DNA of 64,000 bases from the human T2T-CHM13v2.0 reference genome, Homo sapiens: the NCBI RefSeq assembly GCF_009914755.1, contig NC_060933.1; one strand, given 5' to 3'. The position numbers and the translations under genes were made by a program. Below the pieces are notes generated by a model. That model did not search any database and was not told the origin of the DNA. It worked only from the letters and a program-made list of their open reading frames with translations. Shown one piece after another: positions 1 through 14,130 of the stretch; within the stretch, counting starts at the first letter, position 1; every line of letters starts with the position of its first letter.

Positions 1-339
1 GTTTCCATTCCATTCCATTCCCTTCCATTCCACTCAGGATTTTTCCATTCCTTTCCATTCCACTCGAATACATTCCCTCCTATTCCACTCAGAACGATTC
101 CATTCCATTCCATTCCATTCCATTCCATTCCATTCCATTCCATTCCATTGTACTCGGGTTGATTCAATTCCATTGCATTCCATTCCATTCCATTCCATTC
201 CATTCCGTTGCATTCCATTCCATTACATTCGGATTGATTCTATTCAACTCCCTTACTCTCCATTACATTCCATTCCATTCGGGTTGTTCCATTCCATTCC
301 ATTCCATTCCACTCCATTCCATTGCACTCGGGTTGATTC

Positions 340-3300
340 CATTCCATTCCATTCCATTCCATTCCATTCCGGATGATTCCATTCCATTGCATTCCGTTCC
401 ATTACATTCCCCTGCACTCGCGTTGATTCCATTCCATTCCATTCCATTCCATTCAATTCCATTCCATTACAATTCGTTCCATTCCATTCTATTCCGTACC
501 ATTCCATTCCGTTCCATTCCGTTCCATTCCATTCCATTCCATTCTATTCTAATTAATTCCATTCCATTCCATGCCATTCCATTCCCTTCTATGCGGGTTA
601 ATTCCATTCCATTCCATTCCATTCCAATCCATTCCATTCTATTCCATTCCATTGCAATCGAGTTGAATCCATTGCATTTCATTCCATTCCATTCCATTCC
701 ATTCCATTCTGGAAGATTCCATTCCATTGCATTCCATTCCATTCCATTCCCCTGCAGTCGCGTAGATTCCCTTCCATTCCATTCCATTCCATTCCATCCA
801 TTCGGTTCCGTTCCGTTCCATTCCATTCCATTCCATTCCATTCCATTCCGTTCCGTTCCATTCCATTCCATTCCATTCTATTCGGGTTAATTCCATTCCA
901 TTCCATTCGATTGCTATCGAGTTGATTCCATTCCATTCCATTCCATTCCATTCCATTCCTTTCCATTCCATTACGGATGATTCCATTCCATTGCATTCCA
1001 TTCCATTCCATTCCCCTGTACTCGGGTTGATTCCATTCCATTCCATTCCAATCCATGCCATTCCACTCGTGTTGATTCCATTCTTTCCATTCCATTCAAG
1101 TTGAATCCATTCCATTGCATTCCATTCCATTCGATTCCATTCGATTGCACTCGGGTTGATTCCATTCCATTGCATTCCATTCCATTCCATTTCATTCCAT
1201 TTCATTCCGTTCCATTCCATTTCATTACATTCAGATTGATTCTATTCAATTCCCTTACATTCCATTATATTCCAATCCATTCTGGTTGTCTCCATTCAAT
1301 TCCATTCCATTTCACTCCATTCCATCGCACTCGGGTTGATTCCATTCCATTCCATTCCATTGCATTCCATTCCATTCCATTCCGGATGATTCCATTCCAT
1401 TGCATTCCATTCCATTCCATACCCCTGCACTCGGGTCGATTCCATTCCATTCCATTCCATTACATTCCGTTCTATTCCATTCCATTCCATTCGGATTGAT
1501 TCTATTCAATTCCCTTACATTCCATTCCATTCCATTCCATTCGGGTAGTTTCCATTCCATTCCATTCCATTCCTCTCCATTCCATTGCACTCGGGTTGAT
1601 TCCATTCCATTCCATTCCATTCCATTCCATTCCATTCCATTCCGTTCCATTTTACTCGGGTTGATTCCATTCCATTGCATTCCCTTGCATTCCATTCCAT
1701 TCCATTCCATTCCATTCCGTTCCATTCCATTACATTCGGATTGATTCTATTCAACTCCCTTACTCTCCATTACATTCCATTGCACTCGGGTTGATTCCAT
1801 TCCATTCCATTCCATTCCATTCCATTCCATTCCGGATGATTACATTCCATTGCATTCCGTTCCATTACATTCCCCTGCACTCGCGTTGATTCCAATCCAT
1901 TCCATTCCATTCCATTCCATTCCATTCCATTACAATTCGTTCCATTCCATTCTATTCCGTACCATTCCATTCCATTCCATACCATTCCATTCCATTCCAT
2001 TCCATTCCATTCCATTCCGTTCCATTCCGTTCCATTCCATTCCATTCCATTCTATTCGCATTAATTCCATTCCATTCCATTCCATTCCATTCTATTCCAT
2101 TCCATTGCAATCGAGTTGAATCCATTGCATTTCATTCCATTCCATTCCATTCCGGAAGATTCCATTCCATTGCATTCCATTCCATTCCATTCCCCTGCAC
2201 TCGCGTTGATTCCATTCCATTCCATTCCATTCCATTCCATTCCATTCCGTTCCGTTCCGTTCCATTCCATTCTATTCCATTCCATTCCGTTCCGTTCCAT
2301 TCCATTCCATTCCATTCCATTCTATTCGGGTTAATTCCATTCCATTCCTTTCGATTGCAATCGAGTTCATTCCATTCCATTCCATTCGATTCCATTCCAT
2401 TCCATTCCATTCCATTCCATTCTTTTCCATTCCATTACGGATGATTCCATTCCATTCCATTCCATTCCGGATGATTCCATTCCATTGCATTCCGTTCCAT
2501 TACATTCCCCTGCACTCGGGTTGATTCCATTCCATTCCATTCCATTCCATTCCATTCCATTCCATTCCGGATGATTCCATTCCATTGCATTCCGTTCCAT
2601 TACATTCCCCTGCACTCGCGTTGATTCCATTCCATTCCATTCCATTCCATTCAATTCCATTCCATTACAATTCGTTCCATCCCATTCTATTCCGTACCAT
2701 TCCATTCCGTTCCATTCCGTTCCATTCCATTCCATTCGATTCTATTCGAATTAATTCCATTCCATTCCATGCCATTCCATTCCCTTCTATGCGGGTTAAT
2801 TCCATTCCATTCCATTCCATTCCATTCCATTCTATTCCATTCCATTGCAATCGAGTTGAATCCATTGCATTTCATTCCATTCCATTCCATTCCATTCCAT
2901 TCTGGAAGATTCCGTTCCATTGCATTCCATTCCATTCCATTCCCCTGCACTCGCGTTGATTCCATTCCATTCCATTCCATTCCATTCCATCCATTCGGTT
3001 CCGTTCCGTTCCATTCCATTCCATTCCATTCCATTCCATTCCGTTCCGTTCCATTCCATTCCATTCCATTCTATTCGGGTTAATTCCATTCCATTCCATT
3101 CGATTGCTATCGAGTTGATTCCATTCCATTCCATTCCATTCCATTCCATTCCATTCCATTCCATTCCTTTCCATTCCATTACGGATGATTCCATTCCATT
3201 GCATTCCATTCCATTCCATTCCCCTGTACTCGGGTTGATTCCATTCCATTCCATTCCAATCCATGCCATTCCACTCGTGTTGATTCCATTCTTTCCATTC

Positions 3301-3990
3301 CATTCAAGTTGAATCCATTCCATTGCATTCCATTCCATTCGATTCCATTCGATTGCACTCGGGTTGATTCCATTCCATTGCATTCCATTCCATTCCATTT
3401 CATTCCATTCCATTCCGTTCCATTCCATTTCATTACATTCAGATTGATTCTATTCAATTCCCTTACATTCCATTATATTCCAATCCATTCTGGTTGTCTC
3501 CATTCAATTCCATTCCATTTCACTCCATTCCATCGCACTCGGGTTGATTCCATTCCATTCCATTCCATTGCATTCCATTCCATTCTATTCCGGATGATTC
3601 CATTCCATTGCATTCCATTCCATTCCATACCCCTGCACTCGGGTTGATTCCATTCCATTCCATTCCATTACATTCCGTTCTATTCCATTCCATTCCATTC
3701 GGATTGATTCTATTCAATTCCCTTACATTCCATTCCATTCCATTCCATTCGGGTAGTTTCCATTCCATTCCATTCCATTCCTCTCCATTCCATTGCACTC
3801 GGGTTGATTCCATTCCATTCCATTCCATTCCTTTCCATTCCATTCCATTCCGTTCCATTTTACTCGGGTTGATTCCATTCCATTGCATTCCCTTCCATTC
3901 CATTCCATTCCATTCCATTCCATTCCGTTCCATTCCATTACATTCGGATTGTTTCTATTCAGCTCCCTTACTCTCCATTACATTCCATTC
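340..3990 (+). repeat. ~1.4 kb block duplicated at ~2.2 kb offset (340-1,780 and 2,540-3,990)
   Basis: Shared private variants CCCTTCTATGCGGG (585/2,782), CCATCCATTCGGTTCC (~795/~2,987), CATCGCACTC (1,323/3,531), CCATTTTACTCGGG (~1,648/~3,856). ORF offsets 971/3179 and 1101/3309 = 2,208. Confidence 0.88.
2149..2163. promoter_or_regulatory. Representative perfect three-box heat shock element ATTCCGGAAGATTCC (about 39 copies between 706 and 61,539)
   Basis: Exact match to nTTCnnGAAnnTTCn. HSF1 is known to bind and activate satellite III. Function at these particular sites is not shown. Confidence 0.5.
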
Positions 3991-6900
3991 CATTCGGGTT
4001 GTTCCATTCCATTCCATTCCATTCCACTCCATTCCATTGCGCTCGGGTTGATTCCATTCCATTCCATTCCATTCCATTCCATTCCATTCCATTCCGGATG
4101 ATTCCATTCCATTGCATTCCGTTCCATTACATTCCCCTGCACTCGGGTTGATTCCATTCCATTCCATTCCATTCCATTCCATACGATTCCATTCCATTCC
4201 AATTCTTTCCATTCCATTCTATTCCGTACCATTCCATTCCATTCCATACAATGCCATTCCATTCCATTCCACTCCGTTCCGTTCCGTTCCGTTCTGTTCC
4301 GTTCCATTCCATTCCGTTCCATTCTATTCGGTTTAATTCCATTCCATTCCATTCCATTCCATTCCATTCCATTCTATTCCATTCCATTGCAATCGAGTTG
4401 AATCCATTGCATTCCATTCCATTCCATTCCATTCCGGAAGATTCCATTCCATTGCATTCCATTGCATTCCATTCCATTCCATTCCATTCCATTCCATTCC
4501 ATTCCATTGTACTCGGGTTGATTCCATTCCATTGCATTCCATTCCATTCCATTCCATTCCATTCCATTACATTCGGATTGATTCTATTCAACTCCCTTAC
4601 TCTCCATTACATTCCATTCCATTCGGGTTGTTCCATTCCATTCCATTCCATTCCACTCCATTCCATTGCACTCGGGTTGATTCCATTCCATTCCATTCCA
4701 TTCCGGAAGATTCCATTCCATTGCATTCCATTCCATTCCATTCCCATGCACTCGCGTTGATTCCATTCCATTCCATTCTATTCCATTCCATTCCCTTCCT
4801 TTCCTTTCCATTCCATTACATTCCATTCCATTCCATTCCGTTCCGTTCCATTCCATTCCATTCCATTCTATTCGGGTTAATTCCATTCCATTCCATTCGA
4901 TTGCAATCGAGTTGTTTCCATTCCATTCCATTCCATTCCATTCCATTGCATTCCATTCCATTCCTTTCCATTCCTTTACGGATGATTCCATTCCATTGCA
5001 TTCCATTCCATTCCATTCCCCTGTACTCGGGTTGATTCCATTCCATTCCATTCCAATCCATGCCATTCCACTCGTGTTGATTCCATTATTCCATTCCATT
5101 CAAGTTGAATCCATTCCATTGCATTCCATTCCATTCGATTCCATTCGATTGCACTCGGGTTGATTCCATTCCATTGCATTCCATTGCATTCCATTCCATT
5201 CCATTCCATTCCATTCCATTCCGTTCCATTCCATTCCATTACATTCGGATTGATTCTATTCAATTCCCTTACACTCCATTACATTCCATTCCATTCGGGT
5301 AGTTTCCATTCCATTCCATTCCATTCCTCTCCATTCCATTGAACTCGGGTTGATTCCATTCTATTGCATTCCATTCCATTCCATTCAATTCCATTCCGTT
5401 CCATTCCATTCCATTACATTCGGATTGATTCTATTCAACTCCCTTACTCTCCATTACATTCCATTCCATTCGGGTTGTTCCATTCCATTCCATTCCATTC
5501 CACTCCATTCCATTGCACTCGGGTTTATTCCATTGCATTCCATTCCATTCCATTCCATTCCGGAAGATTCCATTCCATTGCATTCCATTCCATTCGATTC
5601 CCCTGCACTCGCGTTGATTCCATTCCATTCCATTCCATTCCATTCCATTCCATTCCATTCCTTTCCGTTCCATTCCATTCCATGCCATTCCATTCCAATC
5701 CATTCCATTCCGTTCCGTTCCGTTCCATTCCATTCCATTCCATTCTATTCGGGTTAATTCCATTCCATTCCATTCCATTCCATTCCATTCCATTCCATTC
5801 CATTCCATTCCATTCCATTCCTTTCCATTCCATTACGGATGATTCCATTCCATTGCATTCCATTCCATTCCATTCCCCTGTACTCGGGTTGATTCCATTC
5901 CATTCCATTCCAATCCATGCCATTCCACTCGTGTTGATTCCATTCTTTCCATTCCATTCAAGTTGAATCCATTCCATTGCATTCCATTCCATTCCATTCC
6001 CCTGCAGTCGGGTTGTTTCCATTCCATTCCATTCCATTCCATTCCATTTCATTCCGTTCCGTTCCATTCCATTCCATTCCATTCTATTCGGATTAATTCC
6101 ATTCCATTCCATTCCATTCCATTCCAATCGAGTTGATTCCATTCCATTCCATTCCATTCCATTCCACTCCATTCCAGTCCTTTCCATTCCATTCCACTCG
6201 GGTTGATTCCAATGTATTACTTTCCATTCCATTTCATTCCATTGCAATCGAGTTGATTCCATTGCTTTGCATTCCATTCCATTCTATTCCATTCCGGATG
6301 ATTCCATTCCATTGCATTCCATTCCATTCCATTCCCCTGCACTCGGGTTGATTCCATTCCACTCCACTCCATTCCGTTCCATTCCATTCCATTGCATTGT
6401 ATTCGGGTTAATTCCATTCCATTCCATTACAATCGAGTTGATTCCATTGCATTCCATTCCATTCCAGTCCTTTCCATTGCATTCCTCTCGGGTTGATTCC
6501 ATTCTATTAGTTTCCATTCCATTCCATTCCCTTCCATTCCACTCTGGTTGATTCCATTCCTTTCCATTCCACTCGAATACATTCCCTCCTATTCAACTCG
6601 GAACGATTCCATTCAATTCCATTCCATTCCATTCCATTCCATTTCGTTCCATTCCATTCTATTCCGTATCATTCCATTCCATTCCATTCCATTCCATTCC
6701 ATTCCATTCCATTGTACTCGGGTTGTTTCAATTCCATTGCATTCCATTCCATTCCATTCCATTCCATTCCGTTGCATTCCATTCCATTACATTCGGATTG
6801 ATTCTATTCAACTCCCTTACTCTCCATTACATTCCATTCCATTCGGGTTGTTCCATTCCATTCCATTCCATTCCACTCCATTCCATTGCACTCGGGTTGA

Positions 6901-9900
6901 TTCCATTCCATTCCATTCCATTCCATTCCATTCCATTCCATTCCATTCCGGATGATTCCATTCCATTGCATTCCGTTCTATTACATTCCCCTGCACTCGC
7001 GTTGATTCCTTTCCATTCCATTCCATTACAATTCGTTCCATTCCATTCTATTCCGTACCATTCCATTCCATTCCATACCATTCCATTCCATTGCATTCCA
7101 TTCCATTCCGTTCCATTCCGTTCCATTCCATTCCATTCCATTCTATTCGAATTAATTCCATTCCATTCCATTCCATTCCATTCTATTCCATTCCATTGCA
7201 ATGGAGTTGAATCCGTTGCATTTCATTCCATTCCATTCCATTCCATTCCATTCCGGAAGTTTCCATTCCATTGCATTCCATTCCATTCCATTCCCCTGCA
7301 CTCGCGTTGATTCCATTCCATTCCATTCCATTCCATTCCGTTCCATTCCATTCCATTCCATTCCATTCCATTCCATTCCATTCCGTTCCATTCCATTCCA
7401 TTCCATTCCATTCCATTCCATTCCATTCCGTTCCGTTCCGTTCCATTCCATTCCATTCTATTGGGGTTAATTCCATTCCATTCCATTCGATTGCAATCGA
7501 GTTGATTCCATTCCATTCCATTCCATTCCATTCCATTCCATTCCATTCCTTTCCATTCCATTACGGATGATTCCATTCCATTGCATTCCAATCCATTCCA
7601 TTCCCCTGTACTCTGGTTGATTCCATTCCATTCCATTCCAATCCATGCCATTCCACTCGTGTTGATTCCATTCTTTCCATTCCATTCAAGTTGAATCCAT
7701 TCCATTGCATTCCATGCCATTCGATTCCATTCGATTGCGCTCGGGTTGATTCCATTCCATTGCATTCCATTCCATTCCATTCCATTCCATTCCGTTCCAT
7801 TCCATTCCATTACATTCGGATTGATTCTATTCAATTCCCTTACACTCCATTACATTCCATTCCATTCTGGTAGTTTCCATTCCATTCCATTCCATTCCTC
7901 TCCGTTCCATTGCACTCGGGTTGATTCCATTCCATTGCATTCCATTCCATTCCATTCAATTCCATTCCGTTCCATTCCATTCCATTATATTAGGATTGAT
8001 TCTATTCAACTCCCTTACTCTCCATTACATTCCATTCCATTCGGGTTGTTCCATTCCATTCCATTCCATTCCACTCCATTCCATTGCACTTGGGTTGATT
8101 CCATTCCATTCCATTCCATTCCATTCCATTCCATTCCGGTAGATTCCATTCCATTGCATTCCATTCCATTCCATTCCCCTGCACTCGCGTTGATTCCATT
8201 CCATTCCATTATATTCCATTCCATTCCCTTCCTTTCCGTTCCATTCCATTCCATTCCATTCCATTCCATTCCATTCCATTCCGTTCCTTTCCATTCCATT
8301 CCATTCCATTCTATTCGGGTTAATTCCATTCCATTCCATTCGATTGCAATCGAGTTGATTCCATTCCATTCCATTCCATTCCATTCCATTCCTTTCCATT
8401 CCATTACGGATGATTCCATTCCATTGCATTCCATTCCATTCCATTCCCCTATACTCGGGTTGTTTCCATTCCATTCCATTCCAATCCGTGCCATTCCACT
8501 CGTGTTGATTCCATTCTTTCCATTCCATTCAAGTTGAATCCATTCCATTGCATTCCATTCCATTCGATTCCATTCGATTGCACTCGGGTTGATTCCATTC
8601 CATTGCATTCCATTCCATTCCATTCCATTCCATTCCATTCCATTCCGTTCCATTCCATTTCATTACATTCAGATTGATTCTATTCAATTCCCTTACACTC
8701 CATTATATTCCAATCCATTCTGGTTGTCTCCATTCCATTCCATTCTATTTCAATCCATTCCATTGCACTCAGGTTGATTCCATTCCATTCCATTCCATTC
8801 CATTGCATTCCATTCCATTCCATTCCGGATGATTCCATTCCATTGCATTCCATTCCATTCCATTCCCCTGCACTCGGGTTGACTCCATTCCATTCCATTA
8901 CATTGCATTCCTTTCCATTCCATTCCATTCCATTCGGATTGATTCTATTCAATTCCCTTACACTCCTTACATTCCATTCCATTCGGGTAGTTTCCATTCC
9001 ATTCCATTCCATTCCTCTCCATTCCATTGCACTCGGGTTGATTCCATTCCATTCCATTCCATTCCATTCCATTCCATTCCAGTACATTATATTCCATTCC
9101 ATTCCGTTCAATTGTAATTGGGTTGATTCCATTCCATTGCATTCCATTCCATTCCATTCCATTCTACTTCATTCCATTCCGTTCCAATCCATTACATTCG
9201 GATTGATTCCATTCAACTCCCTTACTCTCCATTACATTCCATTCCATTCGGGTTGTTCCATTCCACTCCATTCCATTCCATTCCATTCCATTCCATTCCA
9301 TTCCATTGCACTCGGTTGATTCCATTCCATTCCATTCCATTCCATTCCATTCCATTCCGGATGTTTCCATTCAATTGTATTCCGTTCCATTACATTCCCC
9401 TGCACTCGGGTTGATTCCATTCCATTCCATTCCATTCCATTCGATTCCATTCCATTCCTATTCTTTCCATTCCCTTCTATTCCGTACCATTCCATTCCAT
9501 TCCATACAATTCCATTGCATTCCATTCCACTCCGTTCCGTTCCGTTCCGTTCTGTTTCGTTCCATTCCATTCCATTCCATTCTATTCGGTTTAATTCCAT
9601 TCCATTCCATTCCATTCTATTCCATTCCATTGCAATCGAGTTGAATCCATTGCATTCCATTCCATTCCATTCCATTCCATTCCATTCCGGAAGATTCCAT
9701 TCCATTGCATTCCATTCCATTCCATTCCATTCCATTCCATTCCATTGTACTCGGGTTGATTCCATTCCATTGCATTCCATTCCATTCCATTCCATTCCGT
9801 TCCATTCCATTCCATTACATTCGGATTGATTCTTTTCAACTCCCTTACTCTCCATTATATTCCATTCCATTCGGGTTGTTCCATTCCATTCCATTCCTTT

Positions 9901-12900
9901 CCACTCCATTCCATTGCACTCGGGTTGATTCCATTCCATTCCATTCCATTCCATTCCGGATGATTCCATTCCATTGCATTCCGTTCCATTACATTCCCCT
10001 GCACTCGGGTTGATTCCATTCCATTCCTTTCCATTCCATTCGATTCCATTCCATTCCCCTGCACTCGCGTTGATTCCATTCCATTCCATTCCATTCCATT
10101 CCATTCCATTCCATTCCTTTCCGTTCCATTCCATTCCATTCCATTCCATTCCGTTCCGTTCCATTCCATTCCATTCCATTCTATTCGGGTTAATTCCATT
10201 CCATTCCATTCGATTGCAATCGAGTTGATTCCATTCCATTCCATTCCATTCCATTCCATTCCATTCCAGTCCTTTCCATTCCTTTCCATTCCATTACTGA
10301 TGATTCCATTCCATTGCATTCCATTCCATTCCATTCCCCTGTACTCGGGTTGATTCCATTCCATTCCATTCCAATCCATGCCATTCCACTCGTGTTGATT
10401 CCATTCTTTCCTTTCCATTCAAGTTGAATCCATTCCATTGCATTCCATTGCATTCGATTCCATTCGATTGCACTCGGGTTGATTCCATTCCATTGCATTC
10501 CATTTCATTCCATTCCATTCCATTCCATTCCATTCCATTCCATTTCGTTACATTCAGATTGATTCTTTTCAATTCCCTTACACTCCATTATATTCCAATC
10601 CATTCTGGTTGTTTCCATTCCATTCCATTCCATTTCACTCCATTCCATTGCACTCGGGTTGATTCCATTCCATTGCATTGCATTGCATTCCATTCCATTC
10701 CATTCCGGATGATTACATTCCATTGCATTCCATTCCATTCCATTCCCCTGCACTCGGGATGATTCCACTGCATTCCATTCCATTACATTCCGTTCCATTC
10801 CATTCCATTCCATTCGGATTGATTCTATTCAATTCCCTTACACTCCATTACATTCCATTCCATTCCATTCTATTCCATTCCGGATGATTCCATTCCATTG
10901 CATTCCGTTCAATTACATTCCCCTGTACTCGCGTTGATTCCATTCCATTCCATTCCATTCCATTCAATTCCATTCCATTACAATTCATTCCATTCCATTC
11001 TATTCTGTACCATTCCATTCCATTCCATACCATTCCATTCTGTTCCATTCCGTTCCATTCCATTCCATTCCATTCTATTCGAATTAATTCCATTCCATTC
11101 CATTCCATTCCATTCTATTCCATTCCATTGCAATCGAGTTGAATCCATTACATTTCATTCCATTCCATTCCATTCCATTCCGGAAGATTCCATTCCATTG
11201 CATTCCATTGCATTCCATTCCCCTGCACTCGCGTTGATTCTATTCCATTCCATTCCATTCCATTCCGTTCCATTCCATTCCATGCCATTCCATTCTATTC
11301 GGGTTAATTCCATTCCATTCCATTCGATTGCAATCGAGTTGATTCCATTCCATTCCATTCCATTCCATTCCATTCCATTCCATTCCTTTCCATTCCATTA
11401 CGGATGATTCCATTCCATTGCATTCCATTCCATTCCATTCCCCTGTACTCGGGTTGATTCCATTCCATTCCATTCCAATCCATGCCATTCCACTCGTGTT
11501 GATTCCATTCTTTCCATTCCATACAAGTTGAATCCATTCCATTGCACTGCATTCCATTCCATTCCCCTGCAGTCGGATTGATTCCATTCCATTCCATTCC
11601 ATTCCATTCCGTTCCGTTCCATTCCATTCCATTCCATTCCATTCTATTCGGGTTAATTCCATTCCATTCCATTCTATTCCATTCCAATCGAGTTGATTCC
11701 ATTCCATTCCATTCCATTCCATTCCATTCCACTCCATTCCAGTCCTTTCCATTCCATTCCACTCGGGTTGATTCCAATGTATTCCTTTCCATTCCATTCC
11801 ATTCCATTGCAATCGAGTTGATTCCATTGCTTTGCATTCCATTCCATTCCATTCCATTCCATTCCGGATGATTCCATTCCATTGCATTCCATTCCATTCC
11901 ATTCCCCTGCACTCGGGTTGATTCCATTCCACTCCACTCGATTCCGTTCCATTCCATTCCATTGCATTGTATTCGGGTTAATTCCATTCCATTCCATTCC
12001 ATTCCATTCCATTCCATTACAATCGAGTTGATTCCATTCCATTCCATTCCATTCCAGTCCTTTCCATTCCATTCCTCTCGGGTTGATTCCATTCTATTAG
12101 TTTCCATTCCATTCCATTCCCTTCCATTCCACTCTGGTTGATTCCATTCCTTTCCATTCCACTCGAATACTTTCCCTCCTATTCAACTCGGAACGATTCC
12201 ATTCCATTCCATTCCATTCCATTCAATTCCATTTCTTTCCATTCCATTCTATTCCGTATCATTCCATTCCATTCCATTCCATTCCATTCCATTCCATTCC
12301 ATTCCATTGTACTCGGGTTGTTTCAATTCCATTGCATTCCATTCCATTCCATTCCATTCCATTCCGTTGCATTCCATTCCATTACATTCGGATTGATTCT
12401 ATTCAACTCCCTTACTCTCCATTACATTCCATTCCATTCGGGTTGTTCCATTCCATTCCATTCCATTCCACTCCATTCCATTGCACTCGGGTTGATTCCA
12501 TTCCATTCCATTCCATTCCATTCCATTCCATTCCATTCCATTCCGGATGATTCCATTCCATTGCATTCCGTTCTATTACATTCCCCTGCACTCGCGTTGA
12601 TTCCTTTCCATTCCATTCCATTCCATTCCATTACAATTCGTTCCATTCCATTCTATTCTGTACCATTCCATTCCATTCCATACCATTCCATTCCATTGCA
12701 TTCCATTCCATTCCGTTCCATTCCGTTCCATTCCATTCCATTCCATTCTATTCGAATTAATTCCGTTCCATTCCATTCCATTCCATTCTATTCCATTCCA
12801 TTGCAATCGAGTTGAATCCATTGCATTTCATTCCATTCCATTCCATTCCATTCCATTCCGTTCCGTTCCATTCCATTCCATTCCATTCCATTCCATTCCA

Positions 12901-14130
12901 TTCCGTTCCGTTCCGTTCCATTCCATTCCATTCTATTCTGGTTAATTCCATTCCATTCCATTCGATTGCAATCGAGTTGATTCCATTCCATTCCATTCCA
13001 TTCCATTCCATTCCATTCCATTCCATTCCTTTCCATTCCATTACGGATGATTCCATTCCATTGCATTCCAATCCATTCCATTCCCCTGTACTCGGGTTGA
13101 TTCCATTCCATTCCATTCCAATCCGTGCCATTCCACTCGTGTTGATTCCATTCTTTCCATTCCATTCAAGTTGAATCCATTCCATTGCATTCCATTCCAT
13201 TCGATTCCATTTGAATGCGCTCGGGTTGATTTCATTCCAGTGCATTCCATTCCATTCCATTCCATTCCATTCCATTCCATTCCATTCCGTTCCATTCCAT
13301 TCCATTACATTCGGATTGATTCTATTCAATTCCCTTACACTCCATTACATTCCATTCCATTCTGGTAGTTTCCATTCCATTCCATTCCATTCCTCTCCGT
13401 TCCATTGCACTCGGGTTGATTCCATTCCATTGCATTCCATTCCATTCCATTCAATTCCATTCCGTTCCATTCCATTCCATTATATTAGGATTGATTCTAT
13501 TCAACTCCCTTACTCTCCATTACATTCCATTCCATTCGGGTTGTTCCATTGCATTCCATTCCATTCCACTCCATTCCATTGCACTCGGGTTGATTCCATT
13601 CCATTCCATTCCATTCCATTCCATTCCATTCCATTCCATTCCATTCCGGAAGATTCCATTCCATTGCATTCCATTCCATTCCATTCCCCTGCACTCGCGT
13701 TGATTCCATTCCATTCCATTCTTTTCCATTCCATTCCCTTCCTTTCCGTTCCATTCCATTCCATTCCATTCCATTCCATTCCATTCCGTTCCTTTCCATT
13801 CCATTCCATTCCATTCTATTCGGGTTAATTCCATTCCATTCCATTCGATTGCAATCGAGTTGATTCCATTCCATTCCATTCCATTCCATTCCATTCAATT
13901 CCTTTCCATTCCATTACGGATGATTCCATTCCATTGCATTCCATTCCATTCCATTCCCCTATACTCGGGTTGATTCCATTCCATTCCATTCCAATCCGTG
14001 CCATTCCACTCGTGTTGATTCCTTGATTCCATTCTTTCCATTCCATTCAAGTTGAATCCATTCCATTGCATTCCATTCCATTCGATTCCATTCGATTGCA
14101 CTCGGGTTGATTCCATTCCATTGCATTCCA
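3200..14130 (+). repeat. Degenerate ~5.2-5.6 kb higher-order duplication (3,200-5,170 ~ 8,430-10,500; 5,830-8,600 ~ 11,400-14,130)
   Basis: Shared private variants ATTCCTCTCGGG (6,481/12,071), ATTCAACTCGGAACG (6,591/12,181), CATTATATTAGGA (7,983/13,478), CCCCTATACTCGGG (8,446/13,956), CTATTCGGTTTAA (4,324/9,582). Confidence 0.8.

Noticed and set aside
1131-1161. Definite assignment to chromosome 9q12 from the CGATTCCATTCGATTGCACTCGGGTTGATT motif
   Set aside because: The resemblance is from memory of 9q12 satellite III clones, and related arrays exist on other chromosomes and in other apes. Subfamily k-mer classification or alignment to a T2T assembly is needed.
2150-2157. TTCCGGAA as a STAT (GAS) site
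   Set aside because: The spacer is 2 bp rather than the canonical 3-4 bp, and the third TTC box fits an HSE better.
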